A stretch of 64,000 bases of DNA from Mobula hypostoma (Eukaryota). The stretch covers positions 73,162,001 to 73,226,000 of the forward strand of contig NC_086108.1 of assembly GCF_963921235.1 (NCBI RefSeq), in the 5' to 3' direction. A program made the translations under genes and the position numbers. Below are positions 63,323 to 64,000 of this stretch, piece after piece; the stretch's first letter is position 1, and the number at the start of each line of letters is the position of its first letter. The notes under the pieces are model-generated. The model had not been told where the DNA came from, ran no database searches, and was given only the letters and a program-made list of their open reading frames with translations.

Positions 63323-64000
63323 TATTAAAGATAGAAATAGAGCTATTTCCGAATATACAAGCAAAGGAGTTGCCGTTAGGTCATACAGCAGGGTTTGGTC
63401 CTTCTAATCTGCATCCTACTCTGAGTTCATTTCCTTCATCGTTGTAGTCTCTGACTTGAAGAATAAAATATTCATTGTGTTCGATGTGAGGAGCAGTCAG
63501 GTATTATCCCATATTTCTGATATGGGTTAATATCAGAAGCACATTCATCAAATCGACCAGAAGTTGCCTGCTCAACTGCTGGAGACCAGGATGACGACTA
63601 TTTTACAGTACGAGGTGAGGTGATGTAGCACTTGTCAAGAGCTCTCTGAGCTGGACTATTGCCAGAACATAATTCTTTCGAAAATAATACTTCTGGTATG
63701 ATGTGACAATGTTGTGCACCAACTGTGATGGTATTGGGTTTGCTGACTGCAAAGTTATAAATTCAAATGAAGACTTTAAGCTCTATCCAATATAACTAGC
63801 CACGAGTACTCTCAGTGAAGGGAAATTTTACTGTTACAACCCAATCTTCAAAGACTAGTTTACTTCCCTGTTTATTCTCCAAGGTGAGTTTAGCTGCCAA
63901 TACCCACTATTTGAGTGGTGGGTCCCCCCTTTCAGGGATAAGATACTTCCAGCTCACAAAGCAGTTTAATGCACATCTATGCATATCTTTACAGTGATGC

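Larger units (their letters stand above)
60645..63375. mobile_element. Nested insertion block in gag: RTE-like fragment (about 60645-61015) and a retroelement with (GAAACCTTT)n tail, itself split by a Tigger element
   Basis: (GGTTTCAAA)3 at about 61017-61045. The outer element resumes at 63323. Confidence 0.55.
58661..63600 (-). pseudogene. gag: Foamy-type gag remnant, split by two insertion blocks; 5' limit uncertain
   Basis: 60428-60258: GELSTVLSKIVKSQGLIAVYKLREQMV*ANWDLVHSMMLPL*PSGNLCTMCGMALNQ aligns gap-free with recalled PFV HQLGNVIKGIVDQEGVATAYTLGMMLSGQNYQLVSGIIRGYLPGQAVVTALQQRLDQ. Arg-rich tail with no Cys-His box. Ends KVNVAKT..DE* at 58661-58663. Confidence 0.75.
51246..64000 (-). 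mobile_element. Decayed endogenous foamy-virus-like (spumaretroviral, class III) provirus; 5' end beyond the window, 3' boundary uncertain
   Basis: Collinear gag, pol and env remnants matching recalled PFV proteins (see component features). Split by insertions at 53644-54332, 54857-55348, 55623-58169, 58959-59914 and about 60645-63375. No LTR identified. Confidence 0.85.

Overview
A repeat-dense vertebrate genomic window. The mix of CR1, Rex1/Babar and RTE LINEs, Penelope-like elements, V-type SINEs, Gypsy elements and Tc1/pogo/hAT transposons suggests a cartilaginous fish, probably a ray (inference). No intact host gene could be confirmed. The main result is a decayed endogenous foamy-virus-like (spumaretroviral) provirus on the minus strand from about 51.2 kb to the window end. 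It is invisible in the ORF track because stops, frameshifts, deletions and at least five later insertions break it up. Manual translation recovers, in gag-pol-env order, the spuma-type Gag capsid region, the RT thumb/connection, the RNase H C-terminus, the integrase N-terminal extension, part of the core and the CTD, and an Env leader peptide, followed by candidate accessory ORFs. All comparisons to prototype foamy virus (PFV) are from recalled sequence, not a database search. Other items of note: an intronless RBM25 retrocopy fused in frame to a Gypsy remnant; minimal hammerhead ribozymes in Penelope termini; a young Penelope copy with an open RT-GIY-YIG frame; a CR1 with a 106-bp monomer array and a nested CR1 carrying a templated inverted insertion; and a long hairpin inside a Tigger derivative.
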